From positions 5,642,001 to 5,706,000 of the forward strand of contig CATNEN010000034.1 in assembly GCA_950097015.1 (NCBI GenBank): DNA of 64,000 bases. The letters run 5' to 3'. The notes under the pieces are model-generated. The model was not told the origin of the DNA. It saw nothing but the letters and a program-made list of their open reading frames with translations, and ran no database searches. The stretch comes from Macrostomum hystrix. Taxonomy: Eukaryota > Animalia > Platyhelminthes. Positions 49,381-61,850 of this stretch are shown here, piece by piece (the first letter of the stretch is position 1; every line of letters starts with the position of its first letter). The position numbers and the translations under genes are program-made.

Positions 49381-52300
49381 CGCCGCCACCGCCTGTCGCA
49401 GATCCGGTAAGAGCGCGCTGAGCCAGGCCAATCTTGAAAGTGTGCTTCGTCCACGGCCGGTGGTCCTTCTTGTCGGAGGTGATGCTCGGCCGGCCGCAGA
49501 CGGCGGTGCCGCGGCGCACGCCCGGTGGCAGGCGCATCTGCGACGCCATCGGCGGCGGCGTCAGAAGCTGTTGAAAATGGCAGACTGTTTGTAATCTTTT
49601 CTGCCAGTTTCCTGACACCTAAAGCAGGTTCAAACAGTCCAACCCACCTTTGGGTTCGTCTGCTGGGGCGACTGTGGCTGCGGCGACAGTGGCTGCTGGT
49701 TGTCCTGCGCCGGCACAACCATCAGTTCGAAGGCCTCCTCCTGGATACTTTCAGCGTAGGCCGGGCCGTCGCCTTTGCTGCCTCGGCGACAGCAGAAGCC
49801 GAAATTGACAGCCAATTCGACTGCATGGAGGGAAACTAACTCTTGAAATATTACACCCCTGCCCACACCCTAAGAGTCTAAGACGGAGAGCAGGTTACAG
49901 TGGGTGCGTACAGTGAGATGCGCATTGTACAGAGGGAGTTTGTCTAGCGCTGGGGTTGGCCCCTGAAGCTCCCAAAGCCGGCTGCTTGACCCTTCAGACA
50001 CCTACTCTACGCAATCTCATCTCTTCCCTGTCTTTTTCCCCAGTCTCATCTCAACCGTGTCTTATCTTTCCATCTATCTACTGTCTCATCTCTGAACTGT
50101 CTAATCCCCCCACAGAATGCCATCCGCCATAGTCATTAGTAATTTCTCCTTGGGCTGCAAGGTTTCCGAACCCTAGATTAGACCACTACTCGTAATTAGG
50201 GTCTTTGAGAATGCCTTCTGTGTATCATTGCGGCTTAAGATAGGAATGGAATTGCAAGGGATTTCTAAAGGATTTTTTGTGATTTTGGCGTGGCTGCTGA
50301 GCTCAGAGAAAATTTTTACCGTAAGGCTTTGTAGATTGTATAATTTCCTATTTTTTCTTCGATACTAGATCTGCTCGATTCACTAATTGAACAAACAGTG
50401 AATAATCGACAATGTATATAATAAATCGATAAATAAGTGACTCAGCTCACACTGTGTCTGGTAGCATAGATCCTTGAAGTCCGAGCGGATCCATTCCTCG
50501 TCATTCTTGATTGGCCCCTGTGTGTAGAACCACGGAGTGAAGAAGTCGTTAAAGAAGATGTGCAACACAACAAAGTCCTGGTCGTCCTTGCGAATGCGGA
50601 GAATGTTGGCTGCGTTCCAGGGGCCGTAGCAGTTCTCCAGTAGCTGCATGAAGTGGCTGGCGAAGCGCTTGCTATGAAAGGTCACGCCATAGCGATTGCC
50701 CTCGTGTGACACTGAGTACCATCCTAAAATGTTTTCGAATAAACTTGGGCTTGTGTACCAATAAGAGTGTTCGGGAGAAGAAGGAAGTAAGAATAAATTA
50801 GGGTGGTTGACTCTAACGGCGTGTAACTGCTAGCCAATCAGGGTTGTCGGGAGAGGAAGGAAGTGAGACTAAATTGGGGTTGTTGGCTCTAACAGCGTGT
50901 AACTTCTAGCCAATCAGGGTGGTCGGGAGAGATATAATATAATAATGAAACTTGACATTTGACATTCTCACTTGTGTCCATGGAGAACTGGTAGTCCACT
51001 GAAATAAGGAAGGATAGTGCTACTTAAAATAGTTGACGAGGACTTATTAATTAAAATAAATCTGATTATAACAATTTCATAAATATTAGAACAGTGACCT
51101 GGTTGACCGATAATTGGGAACTCGTGATAGCAGCGGTCGCAGGCGCGAAACAGTTGTACAGTGTAGCCCAGGGCCATGAGGATAATCACAGACAGCGTGA
51201 TCCCAATGCCAATGCCCCACTTCATGCCGACACTGCGTGTGAAGTGGTGGGATAAATAACTACCCATTTATGAACTAACGATATCTTAGCCAATGTGCTG
51301 CTGTGGAAAATCAAATGCGGAATTAAAAAAAATCCTGATTAATTTCCAGCGCCTGACAGAATGCCTCATGAACTTTGAGTCCAAAAAAGAATGACAGAAC
51401 AAGAAAATTCAATTTGACTTTTCAACATTTCTCATCATTTTCGACAGCCAATCTTTGGCATTTACGCTCGTAGACACGCCTATGTTAATCTGATAAGTTA
51501 TTTTTACTTAACTGAGTATATACTCGTATATACTGAGGTGTCATGTGATCAATCAACTGAGGTGTCATCTGATCTATCAACTGAGGTGTCATCTGATCTA
51601 TCAACTGAGGTGTCATCTGATCTATCTACTGAGGTGTCATCTGATCTATCAACTGAGGTGTCATTTATCTATCTACTGAGGTGTCATTTAATCTATCAAC
51701 TGAGGTGTCATCTGATCTATCAACTGAGGTGTCATTTGATCCATCAACTGAGGTGTCATTTTGATCTATCAACTGAGGTGTCATCTGATCTATCAACTGA
51801 GGTGTCATCTGATCTATCAACTGAGGTGTCATTTGATCCATCAACTGAGGTGTCATCTGATCTATCAACTGAGGTGTCATTTGATCCATCAACTGAGGTG
51901 TCATCTGATCTATCAACTGAGGTGTCATCTGATCTATCTACTGAGGTGTCATCTGATCTATCTACTGAGGTGTCATGCAGTTGATCTATCAACTCAGTGG
52001 TCTTGGATAATGTTTTGTCATGAATGTTGCACACAGAAACACATTATACTTTAAGTCAAGTAACGCTCAAGGAACTCAGCTATCTGGCTCACCTGTCCCA
52101 AGGTGAGCAGCAGTACTCGTGCTCAGGCGGGCCGCAGCACTCGGTAAGCTCTGCGTTGGACGCCATCCTCGGGGCAGAAAAAGCGGGCCTGCAGCGCATT
52201 GCTGGACTTGTTGCTGTGCTGTCTGTCCTCATTGTAGCAAGTGTCTGCAGTTGGCGAACATGTGCATTTTAGTAAGTCAGTGCATTCAGAAATCAGTGCA

Positions 52301-54168
52301 TTTCTTAGGGAGATGAATGCTTCGTTGGAAAGAAATATTTGCACGATAAAGTATTTTGGTAATGGGATAAAAGTATTAATAAGAGGCTATTATACAGGAG
52401 GGCTGTGGACACTGGTACATCCTGTAGCGACAGTAGACCCACAGCAATTATGCCCGTTCCGCTGACTCCTGAGCACACACTCACACTCGGGCATTCCGCG
52501 CTCCCTTAACGACTCGAGAAGGGGGATATTTTGCTCAGTGAAATAACTTAAATAAAAGCAATACGCAAAGTCAAAATTATTGATCATTTAACAATAGCAA
52601 TACACATGTACGGTCTAAGATAAAAAAGCTAGGCAGAAGTACACACAATGCGATTTGCATATCCCAGTACAGTACCTACGAGAGCACAACGAGGGGAGGG
52701 CAAAAGATATAGGATAAGTGTAATCCAGAGCCGAGCACTGGATAGAAATAAGGGATAGAAATGCGGCTCAAAGCATCGTGGCAAGGGAGGGAATCACTCC
52801 ACGGCTTCTCACAGAAATCCCAGGCAAAATTTTATGCTTTGAGGCACGCACACTGCACTGGCAGTGAGCTGAGGCTGGGCGGCTGGTGGCACAGGGGAGA
52901 GGCAAAGCGGCGGATCTGAAGGAATAGGTACACCTTGGATTACGCGTCGAAAATGGAGCCGAAGTCATTCTAAGAGGAATATATTCAGACAGCGAACCGC
53001 CCGCCCAGGCACCAATGCACAGCGTGCCCTCTGCCCCGATAAAACCCGGCAAAATGAATGACTGCGCCCCGTGGTGAATTAACAGAGTGCTTCAGTTTTA
53101 CTTAATTCCTAATCTCTCTAAACCTGAGCACACTGACTTCCCTCCCGGTGCGAGCACTTCTACCTACAGCTACCTGCAATGCGGTCCATCTTCATCGCTA
53201 CCTAATCAGAAATCCAGCCTCGAATTGATTCTTCCCCTTTCCAGCTCAGCCTAGATTCTTCCCCTTTCCCAGCTCAGCCTAGATTCTTCCCCTTTCCCTG
53301 CTCAGTCTAGATTCCTCCCTTTCCCTGCTCAGCCTAGATTCTTCCCCTTTCCCTGCTCAGCCTAGATTCTTCCTCTTTCCCTGCTCAGCCTAGATTCCTC
53401 CCTTTCCTTGCTCAGCCTAGATTCTTCCCTTTCCCAGCTCAGCCTAGATTCTTCCCGTTTCCCTGCTCAGTCTAGATTCTTCCCCTTTCCCTGCTCAGCC
53501 TAGATTCCTCCCTTTCCCTGCTCAGCCTAGATTCTTCCCCTTTTCCAGCTCAGTCTAGATTCTTCCCCTTTCCCTGCTCAGCCTAGATTCTTCCTCATTC
53601 CCTGCTCAGCCTAGATTCTTCCCCTTTTCCTGCTCAGCCTAGATTCTTCCTCATTCCCTGCTCAGCCTAGATTCTTCCCCTTTCCCTGCTCAGCCTAGAT
53701 TCTTCCCTTTCCCTGCTCAGCCTAGATTCTTCCTCTTTCCCTGCTCAGCCTAGATTCTTCCCTTTCCCTGCTCAGCCTAGATTCTTCCCTTTCCCTGCTC
53801 AGCCTAGATTCTTCCCCTTTCCCTGCTCAGCCTAGATTCTTCCCCTTGCCTGCTCAGCCTAGATTCTTCCCCTTGCCTGCTCAGCATAGATTCTTCCCTT
53901 TCCCTGCTCAGCCTAGATTCTCCCCAAGAGTCAAATTCAAGTTTCATTGAGGATTAGGATTCTTACTGTTGCTAGGCGCGTTAAGCATGATATCCGTCTG
54001 AGCATACTCAAACGGTGGACCGTCGTGCGCAAGCGCGATAGGCGGCCTTCGAGACTCCCCGACGAGCAACGGCCGCTGAGTTGACGCAGTCGAACCGACG
54101 GCCCACAGGCAGCCGACTGCAATCACGAGGAACAAAGGGCCGTCAGCTGACTCAGACAGGCTCAGCAT
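49193..54168 (-). CDS. Shisa-like single-pass membrane protein; exons 54168-53967, 52244-52093 (contains a 1-bp frameshift), 51232-51099, 50723-50451, 49820-49644 (or -49648), 49584-49193
   Basis: Hydrophobic N-terminus (LFLVIAVGCLWAVGSTA) and strong donor AACA|GTAAGA. Exon 2 gives TC...FFCPEDG..TECCGPPEHEYCC (Shisa-type C...FxCP...CCG...YCC) if one C is removed at GTCC-AAC. TM WGIGIGITLSVIILMALGY. Splice phases of exons 2-5 are consistent. The exon 1 link and the last junction are less certain. Confidence 0.72.
51532..51995. repeat. 24-bp minisatellite, ~19 copies (intronic)
   Basis: Unit ACTGAGGTGTCATCTGATCTATCA. Confidence 0.95.
53227..53924. repeat. 27-28-bp minisatellite, ~25 copies (intronic)
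   Basis: Unit CTCAGCCTAGATTCTTCCCCTTTCCCTG. Confidence 0.95.
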
Positions 54169-55504
54169 CCTGACAGGCCGGCCGGAGGGCGAGAGCGGCA
54201 AAGTGAGAGAAGCACGCCCTAGGCCAGGCCAGGCCATGTGGGCAGGAGTTTCACTTTTCAAGACAGTCCCAGCGTGCGGCCGCGACCCGACAGTTGCTGG
54301 CTCGGAGATTGGGTCGCAGCTCCCCTGGCCCATCTGCCCCTCTACCCATCTCTGCTCTGCTCAGGCACAGAGACGGCGGGCGCTAATTGGGGCGTCTCCC
54401 TGCTCAAAGCCTTCTCCTCTAGTCTGCGAGGCGCCGTCTAATAGGAATATTTGCCTATACTCAATCTGAGCTCTCTGCTAGTTTTCCCTACGGCCACTTG
54501 CCCATTGAATTTCTGCTTCGGGCAGCTCTGTCTGTCTGTCCTCCCTGTCTGCCAAAGCAGCCAATGCCAGGATGGGAAACAGTACAGGGGAGCTCCGATG
54601 CAAGCAGCAGAAATAATAATAAAAAAGCAGCAGAAAAGCTGGAACGAAGGATCGACTAAACATGGGCCTGATGTAAGGCCAGGCCTAGCTGATCTCTCCT
54701 ACTTATTTCCCATCTTTCACTTTTGCTCCCCTTAGTGTGGCCTCGGGCCTCCATCAGGGAGAGTGCCAAAGCGAAATCGGATTAAGCGTGCTCAGCCTAA
54801 CGGATTTCTGAGCTTCTCTCACGCCCGGTGAGGCATGAACCGACGGGCGACACTTTGCTGTCTTGTCGGTCTCCGGGCATCCAAGACACACGAATCGCGG
54901 CTTCTCCTGCTCGCTGGGGACTAGCCCGACAATCAGTGGAAGAGACAGGTGGGGAGATTTTATCTCCCCTTTCCCCTCGCATACCCCTGCAGGCCAGGCA
55001 TGCGTAAAAGCGTCCCAATCCCGAGTCCAGGAAGTGCACGAGCTTCCTTCAGCTCCCATCCGGCCCTACAACTATCGATCGAACCGATTGCGTCAAACAA
55101 AGCGCCTTCCGGACTTCTCTGCCTTAGTAGTCGAAAGCGGATACCCGATTGGCTTTGCCATGCGATAGCCAAGCTTGATTGAAACACGCCCCGCCCCGAC
55201 TTTGGCACTGATTGCAAAAATTCACTCACTGAATTTGGGAATGCGATTTGAGAAATATTTGTGCAGTTTAAAACAGGCATGCATTTATGAGTATATTTGC
55301 CTAAGCACGAATGATTTTACGGGTTAAATGACGTATTTATTCATTTATAATGCCACTATTGACTGCATACTTTGAGCGCAAGAAAATTAGTTAGAAGAAC
55401 AATTCATGTCCTGCGTAAATCTGAAATGCATTGAATAGAACACAACACAAAGCTGTTACATACGAGAAAAATATTTGACCCTTTTTTCCCCAAAAAATCA
55501 CATT

Positions 55505-56208
55505 TCTGAAATTCCGATTCACTAAACTGCCATATCCAGGAAAATCCCATATTCTGACATCCCGACTCACTAAACTCCCATATCCTGGAAAATCCCATAT
55601 TCTGACATCCCGACTCACTAAACTCCCATATCATGGAAAATCCCCATATTCTGACATCCCGACTCACTAAACTCCCATATCCTGGAAAATCCCATATTCT
55701 GACATCCCGACTCACTAAACTCCCATATCCTGGAAAATCCCATATTCTGACATCCCGACTGACTAAACTCCCATATCTAGGAAAATCCCATATTCTGACA
55801 TCCCGACTCACTAAACTCCCATATCCTGGAAAATCCCATATTCTGAAATCCCGACTCACTAAACTCCCATATCCTGGAAAATCCCATATTCTGAAATCCC
55901 GACTCACTTTACTCCCATATCCTGGAAAATCCCATATTCTGAAATCCCGACTCACTAAACTCCCATATCCTGGAAAATCCCATATTCTGACATCCCGACT
56001 GACTAAACTCCCATATCCTGGAAAATCCCATATTCTGAAATCCCGACTCACTAAACTCCTATATCCAGGAAAATCCCATATTCTGAAATCCCGACTCACT
56101 AAACTGCCATATCTAGGAAAATCCCATATTCTGACATCCCGACTCACTAAACTGCCATATTCTGGAAAATCCCATATTCTGACATCCCGACTCACTAAAC
56201 TCCCATAT
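55505..56208. repeat. 48-bp minisatellite, ~14 copies
   Basis: Unit CCATATCCTGGAAAATCCCATATTCTGACATCCCGACTCACTAAACTC, immediately 3' of HAUS6. Confidence 0.97.
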
Positions 56209-56363
56209 GTAAAATCTTAAAAGCCATAAATGCAAAAATCCCACACATGAAATCTAAACTTACGAAAACCCCCATGCGAATTTTTTTCCTTTTATCGCAG
56301 AATCTAGCCTGGACTAATACTGAATCTCATAGCAGTTTCCAGGTAATAATCAACTAATTAGCA

Positions 56364-58471
56364 TCAGCCGCTATAGTTCAGCAGGTCAAGTCGCGCAGTC
56401 CTTGCAAACTGATCGCAGGAAGACATCAGCTGTTCGATCTCCATGGCGGTGGCGGAGTCCAGCTGATCGTCAGATTCCGCCGCCTCCGTGTCTAGGAAAC
56501 GGACGCGAGCCGCTGAAGCTGAGCCGGACCCCGGTGGCGCGGGTGTGTAGGTAACAGAGCCTCGCCTAAGCGGAGTATTGCCGTGGAGCGGACTGGAAAC
56601 AACTTGGCCCCGAGGATCGGCTACTATAAATCCCATCGACGTCTTAAGCGTAGACTTTGCTGTCGAGGTGTCCGTAGCCCTAGTCATCGACGTATCCGTA
56701 GCCCTAGTCATCGACGTGTCAGTAGCCCTAGTCATCGATGTGTCCGTAGCCCTAGTCATCGACGTATCCGTAGCCCTAGTCATCGACGTGTCAGTAGCCC
56801 TAGTCATCGATGTGTCAGTAGCCCTAGTCATCGATGTGTCCGTAGCCCTAGTCATCGACGTATCCGTAGCCCTAGTCATCGACGTATCCGTAGCCCTAGT
56901 CATCGACGTATTATTAGACTTGACCGCAGCTGCAGAAGGTTTCGCCGTAGTCGCAGCGACGACGGCAACCTCAGCATCAGTCCAGACGAGGCGGTGTCTG
57001 TCAGCCAGCAAGGCCAGCTCGGGCAGCCAGTGCTCGGCGGCGTCGGTGGCTAAAGCGGCCGCCTCGCGCTCGCAGGCTCGCAACGCCGCAGCCAGAGTCG
57101 CTAATCGACGATCAGGCGGCGTCGAATAATCCTCATTCCTCGCCGTAGACGTCACCGTCCACGGCTCAGCCAGGGCGGGTAAAACAGCAGCTGACACGGT
57201 GCGCAGCAGGCCAGCGAGCCGGACGCGACCGCCCGACAGCGGGGCGGCGCTGACCGAGGCTGCGGCCAGCCGCTTGGCCAGACTGTCTGGCAGCGACACT
57301 GGCAGCGGCAGCGGCGGCAGGCGTCGATCGAGGCGGACCCGGCCGGCGTCTAAGATCGGTCGGCCGGGCGCCAGGGCGTCGCCGGAGGCGGCGTCGACAG
57401 CGGCGATGGCAGGCTGACAGCGAGCCAGACGGGCTACCCGGTGTCGCCAGTGCTCGTCGGATTCGCAGGGCGTCGCCCGTCCAGGCAGCGGCGAACCGGC
57501 GGCGACGGCGGCTTCGCGCGCGGCCTCGCGCAGGGCGTCTGTCTGGCGCTGCAGCTCGGCAGCTTCGGCGTCAAAGCCGCGCAACTGTTGCGTCAGCCTG
57601 CGACCGAGGCGGCGGCTGGCATCGGCTAGGCGACACCGCGCGGCGGCTGAAGAGGCGGCCTGGCGGCAAAGATCGGCCGCCTCCGACTCCAGCAGGCGAA
57701 GGCCCAGCAGGTCCGGACGACCGGCAGCCGGGGACACGATAGGATCGTTGGGATTTAGGCCTTGGGAGAGGAGAAAAATCTGGTATATCAGATCAACGGA
57801 CAAAAAATGGGGATAACAGTTGATACACTGATAATAGTTTATGGATTGAATGGGGATAACAGTCTATGGACTGAATGGGGATAAAGTCAATATACTGAAT
57901 TGGGATAACAGTCTATGGATTGAATAGGGATAACAGTCTATGGACTGAATAGGGATAAGTCTATGGACTGAATGGGGATAACAGTCTATGGATTGAATAA
58001 GGATTAAAGTGAATAGACTAAATGTGGATCACAGTCTATGGACTGAATGGGGATAACCTAGGAAAATGGTGTCAAGTGAATCAACTGATAAATGCATGTT
58101 ACTCTACTATAATTACTCTACTATAAGTAGCGCAGTTGGCATTTGTATGTTCGCCGAGTAACAAACCGAAAATGCGGTGCTGTTCCAATAGCATGGCGTG
58201 CAGCGAGAGGCAAAGAAATAGTTCAACCAGATCGCACAGGCGTGGCGACACGAAGAACCGCGGCGTCAGGCGTGGCAGGCCGGCGGTATCGCGCAGGTTG
58301 AGCAGCCACAGTTTGAGCAGCTTTTTAAAGTCCAACTCGCTAGATTTGTCAAACAGTTCTTGCAGATGTTTGAAATCTTTGGCAGCCTTTTTGGAGTCGA
58401 TTTTGTCAAATAGAAAAAGATAGAGGCGGTGCTGGAAGCGAAACATCTGCAGCAGCTTCGGCAGATTCTTG
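56364..58471 (-). CDS. HAUS6: HAUS augmin-like complex subunit 6; exons 58471-58167 (ATG at 58446) and 57760-56364; ~558 aa from this ATG
   Basis: FLFDKID...KDFK....FD..SELDFKK...W...LPRL...FFVSP aligns from memory with the HAUS6 N-terminal domain (FLFQVLD...KEVFK...FDQKSDTEFRK...W...FPQV...LFLSP). Phase-1 donor TTCG|GTTTGT joins phase-1 acceptor TCCCAAG|GC; a coiled-coil-like region follows. Confidence 0.8.
56665..56910 (-). repeat. 24-bp coding repeat (~10 x DTSMTRAT) inside HAUS6
   Basis: Plus-strand unit GTAGCCCTAGTCATCGACGTATCC, in frame within exon 2. Confidence 0.95.
57808..58058. repeat. Degenerate ~25-bp repeat in the HAUS6 intron
   Basis: Recurrent TATGGA(C/T)TGAAT(G/A)GGGATAACAGTC. 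Confidence 0.8.
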
Positions 58472-60768
58472 CTGTCAAAATTGAATAGAGAACAATGAAA
58501 TCAAATAAGATACTCAATTATAAACAAAACAACAAAAAAATTAACTTACAGACAATACTTCAGACTAGTAATTTGGTCAATGTTTCCAGGAAAGAAACCT
58601 AGTAGTGATAGGTTGTCATGAAGCAAAGTAGTCATGATGTTAAGGCTGAAAAATATTGTTAAATTGCTTTTTAACAAGGGGTCCAGAAAGCACCTTGTTA
58701 ATTATAAAGTCCATAGGTGATCACACATCTAATAATATCAATATGGTTTGTAACAGATTAATTAAATATTTGTATTTTATATACTAAGTCAAGTGTAATA
58801 ATAATAACAAAATTAGTTAGCAAGTAGCAGAGATAGCAAGAAAATTGCTTCTGTTCAAGATAGTAAGTAAATTGAATAAAAAACTTTATAATATAGCCTA
58901 CTGTTTCACTGTTTCACATATATGATCCTTAGTTAAAAAATAATAAAAGAAAATATGTTGCACCATTGTCAAGCTTCTTTTATGCTGGTCTCAACATAGC
59001 AAACCATTAGCTAGGTCATGTTATTACTATGCATAGCTAACTTTAAATGCATTCTTTTTTCTGCTAGCACTATACTTAACCCATCAACATATACTTTGAT
59101 AATTGTTCTTAACTAAACAAATAGTCAAAGCAAATACATATCACTGCATATATGCATACATCTCTAGCTAGTCTTAACAAAGTATGCTTAGTCGTATAAA
59201 AAAGTAGCAGCAAAATAATAAAATCAATACTTTTTCTTACACTTGCCCAAATCAGTCTTGCAACAAAGCAACAACCTGTGTTAGAGACGAGAATGAACTA
59301 TCTAAAAGGACATATTACTTTTTAGTCCATAGACTGGTTCTGGGGCATCACAGTTACAATCTATTGCCCTAGCCTAGGCAAAATACCTGTTAGGACTATA
59401 TGTACAATAATGGTCAATCAATTATTTGCAAAACTGGAAACAAAAATTATTAATAAAAAATAAGAGGCACTACTTTTAGAGCCAGAGGCCTGCACTAATG
59501 AGCAGCACACGATGTGAAAATCGAACGATGAACTACAATTCAATTGCCGCGAAAAAGAAAACAAGCGTAGATTAGATTAGTCGTATTTTTAACGAGCTAT
59601 AACCAAAGATTATGTAAGCAGAGAATTTATTATCTATGACTATAACAATTCTAAATTACCATGGGAACATTGTCTGTAGTAGAGCTTTTAGGCTTAGATA
59701 GTGCAGAAGACTGAGAAGATTACTATTACGGACTCAGCACAGGGCTGCACAAACAATAGCATAAGCACTAGGAGCCTTATCATTATTAGGGGAGCAGTGA
59801 ATTTAGCAATTTAGGAATGATTTGTATTGTGTATTTTAAATGACAAAAAAGGCGCACATCAAAGCGAAATTATAGCGATAAACAAGCTCGGTTGGTTGAA
59901 CAGAGCAGAACAAAACAAAACAGCAGAAAGAACGAGAGCCACAGTGAGCAGATGGAAGATAAGGAGCAGAACTAAAGAATGAAAGAGCTAAAAGAGGAAA
60001 ACAAGAGAGGATACACTTCAGGACCCAGCAAGATTATAGAGTAAGAGGCATTTGGATGACGACGCTGAGAAGGATAAAATTATGGTTTTTTAAGAGCTTT
60101 AGGTGCTTTTAAAAGCATTATGCTCTTTTTGCTTCCGTTAGTTATCGCTATATCCAATTCAATAATTACTGTTGAGATAAAGGCTCCAATAGGAACAGTT
60201 GCAGACAGTGTACAATATATATAAGGAGAGAGTATGGCTGTTACATTGGAAACATTTATTTCATTATATTGATTGGCATTTAATTGGTTAGGATATGTTA
60301 GTATTCCGAATTCAGAACAGGTAGATAATGAGAAGACTTTTTATGTCCATATACTAACGTCGAACCGTGCTTAATATGTTAAAATTAGTGAAACGACCAT
60401 TATGTACAGAATTTTATTAAAAACTGAGAAAACTCGGCAGACGAGCGTAGCGAGCGATGAGCAAGGCGATGTAGCGTGATAAAAAAATCTACACAGAATG
60501 AGAAATTCTAGAAAATACACTTGTTATACTTGTTGCAAATGTTATTCCTCAGGACAAAGCGAGTTTATGACTGAGTGCACAGCATGCTATTTAACAATAA
60601 AATCTAAAATGGGTAGTGAAGAACGTTTCTTGTTCGTTTCTCTGAGTTTATACAGCAGAGAAAAAGGTTCAGCGTATTCGTTGAAATGTAATATTGAGCC
60701 AGTTCATGTGTAATGGGAATCCCCATTCAGTCAGTAGACAAAAGAGTTTAGAAGAAATTTTGAGTCTT

Positions 60769-61377
60769 CTAAACTCTTCTGCCCCGAGAAGCACTGCCCT
60801 GTCGCAGATTAGCCAGTCTTGCAGGTGGTGCTCTTGCCCTCATCCTGGTCTGATCTGCAGCCGCTGATGTTGCTGAGTCTGCGTCAGAAGTTTCCAGTGT
60901 TGGCGCCGTAACCACGCCCTGGCAGCCTCCGAGGAGCGCAGCAGCTCGCAGCTGCGCGTCGGTTTCGGCGCTGTCGTTGAGACCGCTACCTGATTTCTGG
61001 CGGCGACGTCGCAGGAGTTCCTCGTACCAGGCGCAAGTGACTTCACTGCAACCAGACGCTGGCAGTAGCGACTGTGGCTGCTGTGGCATTGTGGGTACTG
61101 ATGGACGAGTGGCTGACAGCAGCGTGTGACTTCGCCGAAGTCCACGACCGCTCGGAGGAGCATTACCAACAGACGATTTCACCGGCTTTGTCCGCTGACG
61201 GGTTTGCGCTGTTTTATCCAAACCTTGGCGCCCCTCAGCACTGTCATCGTCGGCTTCCTCACTGTCATCGCGTCGAGTCGAGCTGGCATCAAAGAGCTGT
61301 TGCGGCTGGTTTCGACGAGCATCTGAGTGCGTCCGTCGCACGGTAACAAAAGGCGCTGACTGACTGCCGGAGGCCAT
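60769..61377 (-). CDS. Orphan low-complexity protein, ~202 aa (possibly the last exon of a longer gene)
   Basis: GC-rich 609-nt ORF in AT-rich context, preceded by acceptor TTTTTAG| at 61405. No recognisable domain. Confidence 0.55.
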   Translation of the reverse strand: MASGSQSAPFVTVRRTHSDARRNQPQQLFDASSTRRDDSEEADDDSAEGRQGLDKTAQTRQRTKPVKSSVGNAPPSGRGLRRSHTLLSATRPSVPTMPQQPQSLLPASGCSEVTCAWYEELLRRRRQKSGSGLNDSAETDAQLRAAALLGGCQGVVTAPTLETSDADSATSAAADQTRMRARAPPARLANLRQGSASRGRRV

Positions 61378-61754
61378 CGTAATAGTGCCTCTGGGTTCGG
61401 CCCTCCTAAAAATTGTTTGTCTGTCGACACATCTACATTTATACAGAAGCAATTTCATTTGCGCCCTGCTTTGCATTGCATGAGGCCGCTTGGCTAAGGC
61501 CCGAAAAGTTTGTTTTCTGTAGCGGATCGAAATTGGCTGTCATGCTCGGCTGAACTGAATGATCTAGCTGCCAGTAAGAGCTGCAGTAATGTTTTACCAA
61601 CCATGCATAACACACCACTCCTTCAGCCTTCAAGGTCAGCTGTTTGTCTTCTGTCTCAAGTTTCACCTGCTTAACGCGCTGAAGAGCAACCACTAAGATT
61701 TATCTTTAAATTAATCTTCTAGGTCATTAATATTAAAATTCATTTAAGGCTAAG

Positions 61755-61850
61755 TCCAGCAGTGGTTAGAGAGGTCTTAAGTTCGAATCCCCGATTACTT
61801 GTTTATTCCCGATAGCTTCAATCGACCCAAATTGGTTACCAGCATCAGTG
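61755..61850 (+). mobile_element. Decayed fragment of the same tRNA-SINE family
   Basis: AGTGGTTAGAG (A-box-like), GTTCGAATCCC (B box), then TTACCAGCATCAG, approximately complementary to CTGATGCTGGTAC in the 46 kb copy. Confidence 0.45.

Noticed and set aside
41780-57629. Antisense and alternative-frame ORFs overlapping the nuclear receptor, Shisa-like and HAUS6 exons
   Set aside because: These are the expected shadows of GC-rich coding sequence.
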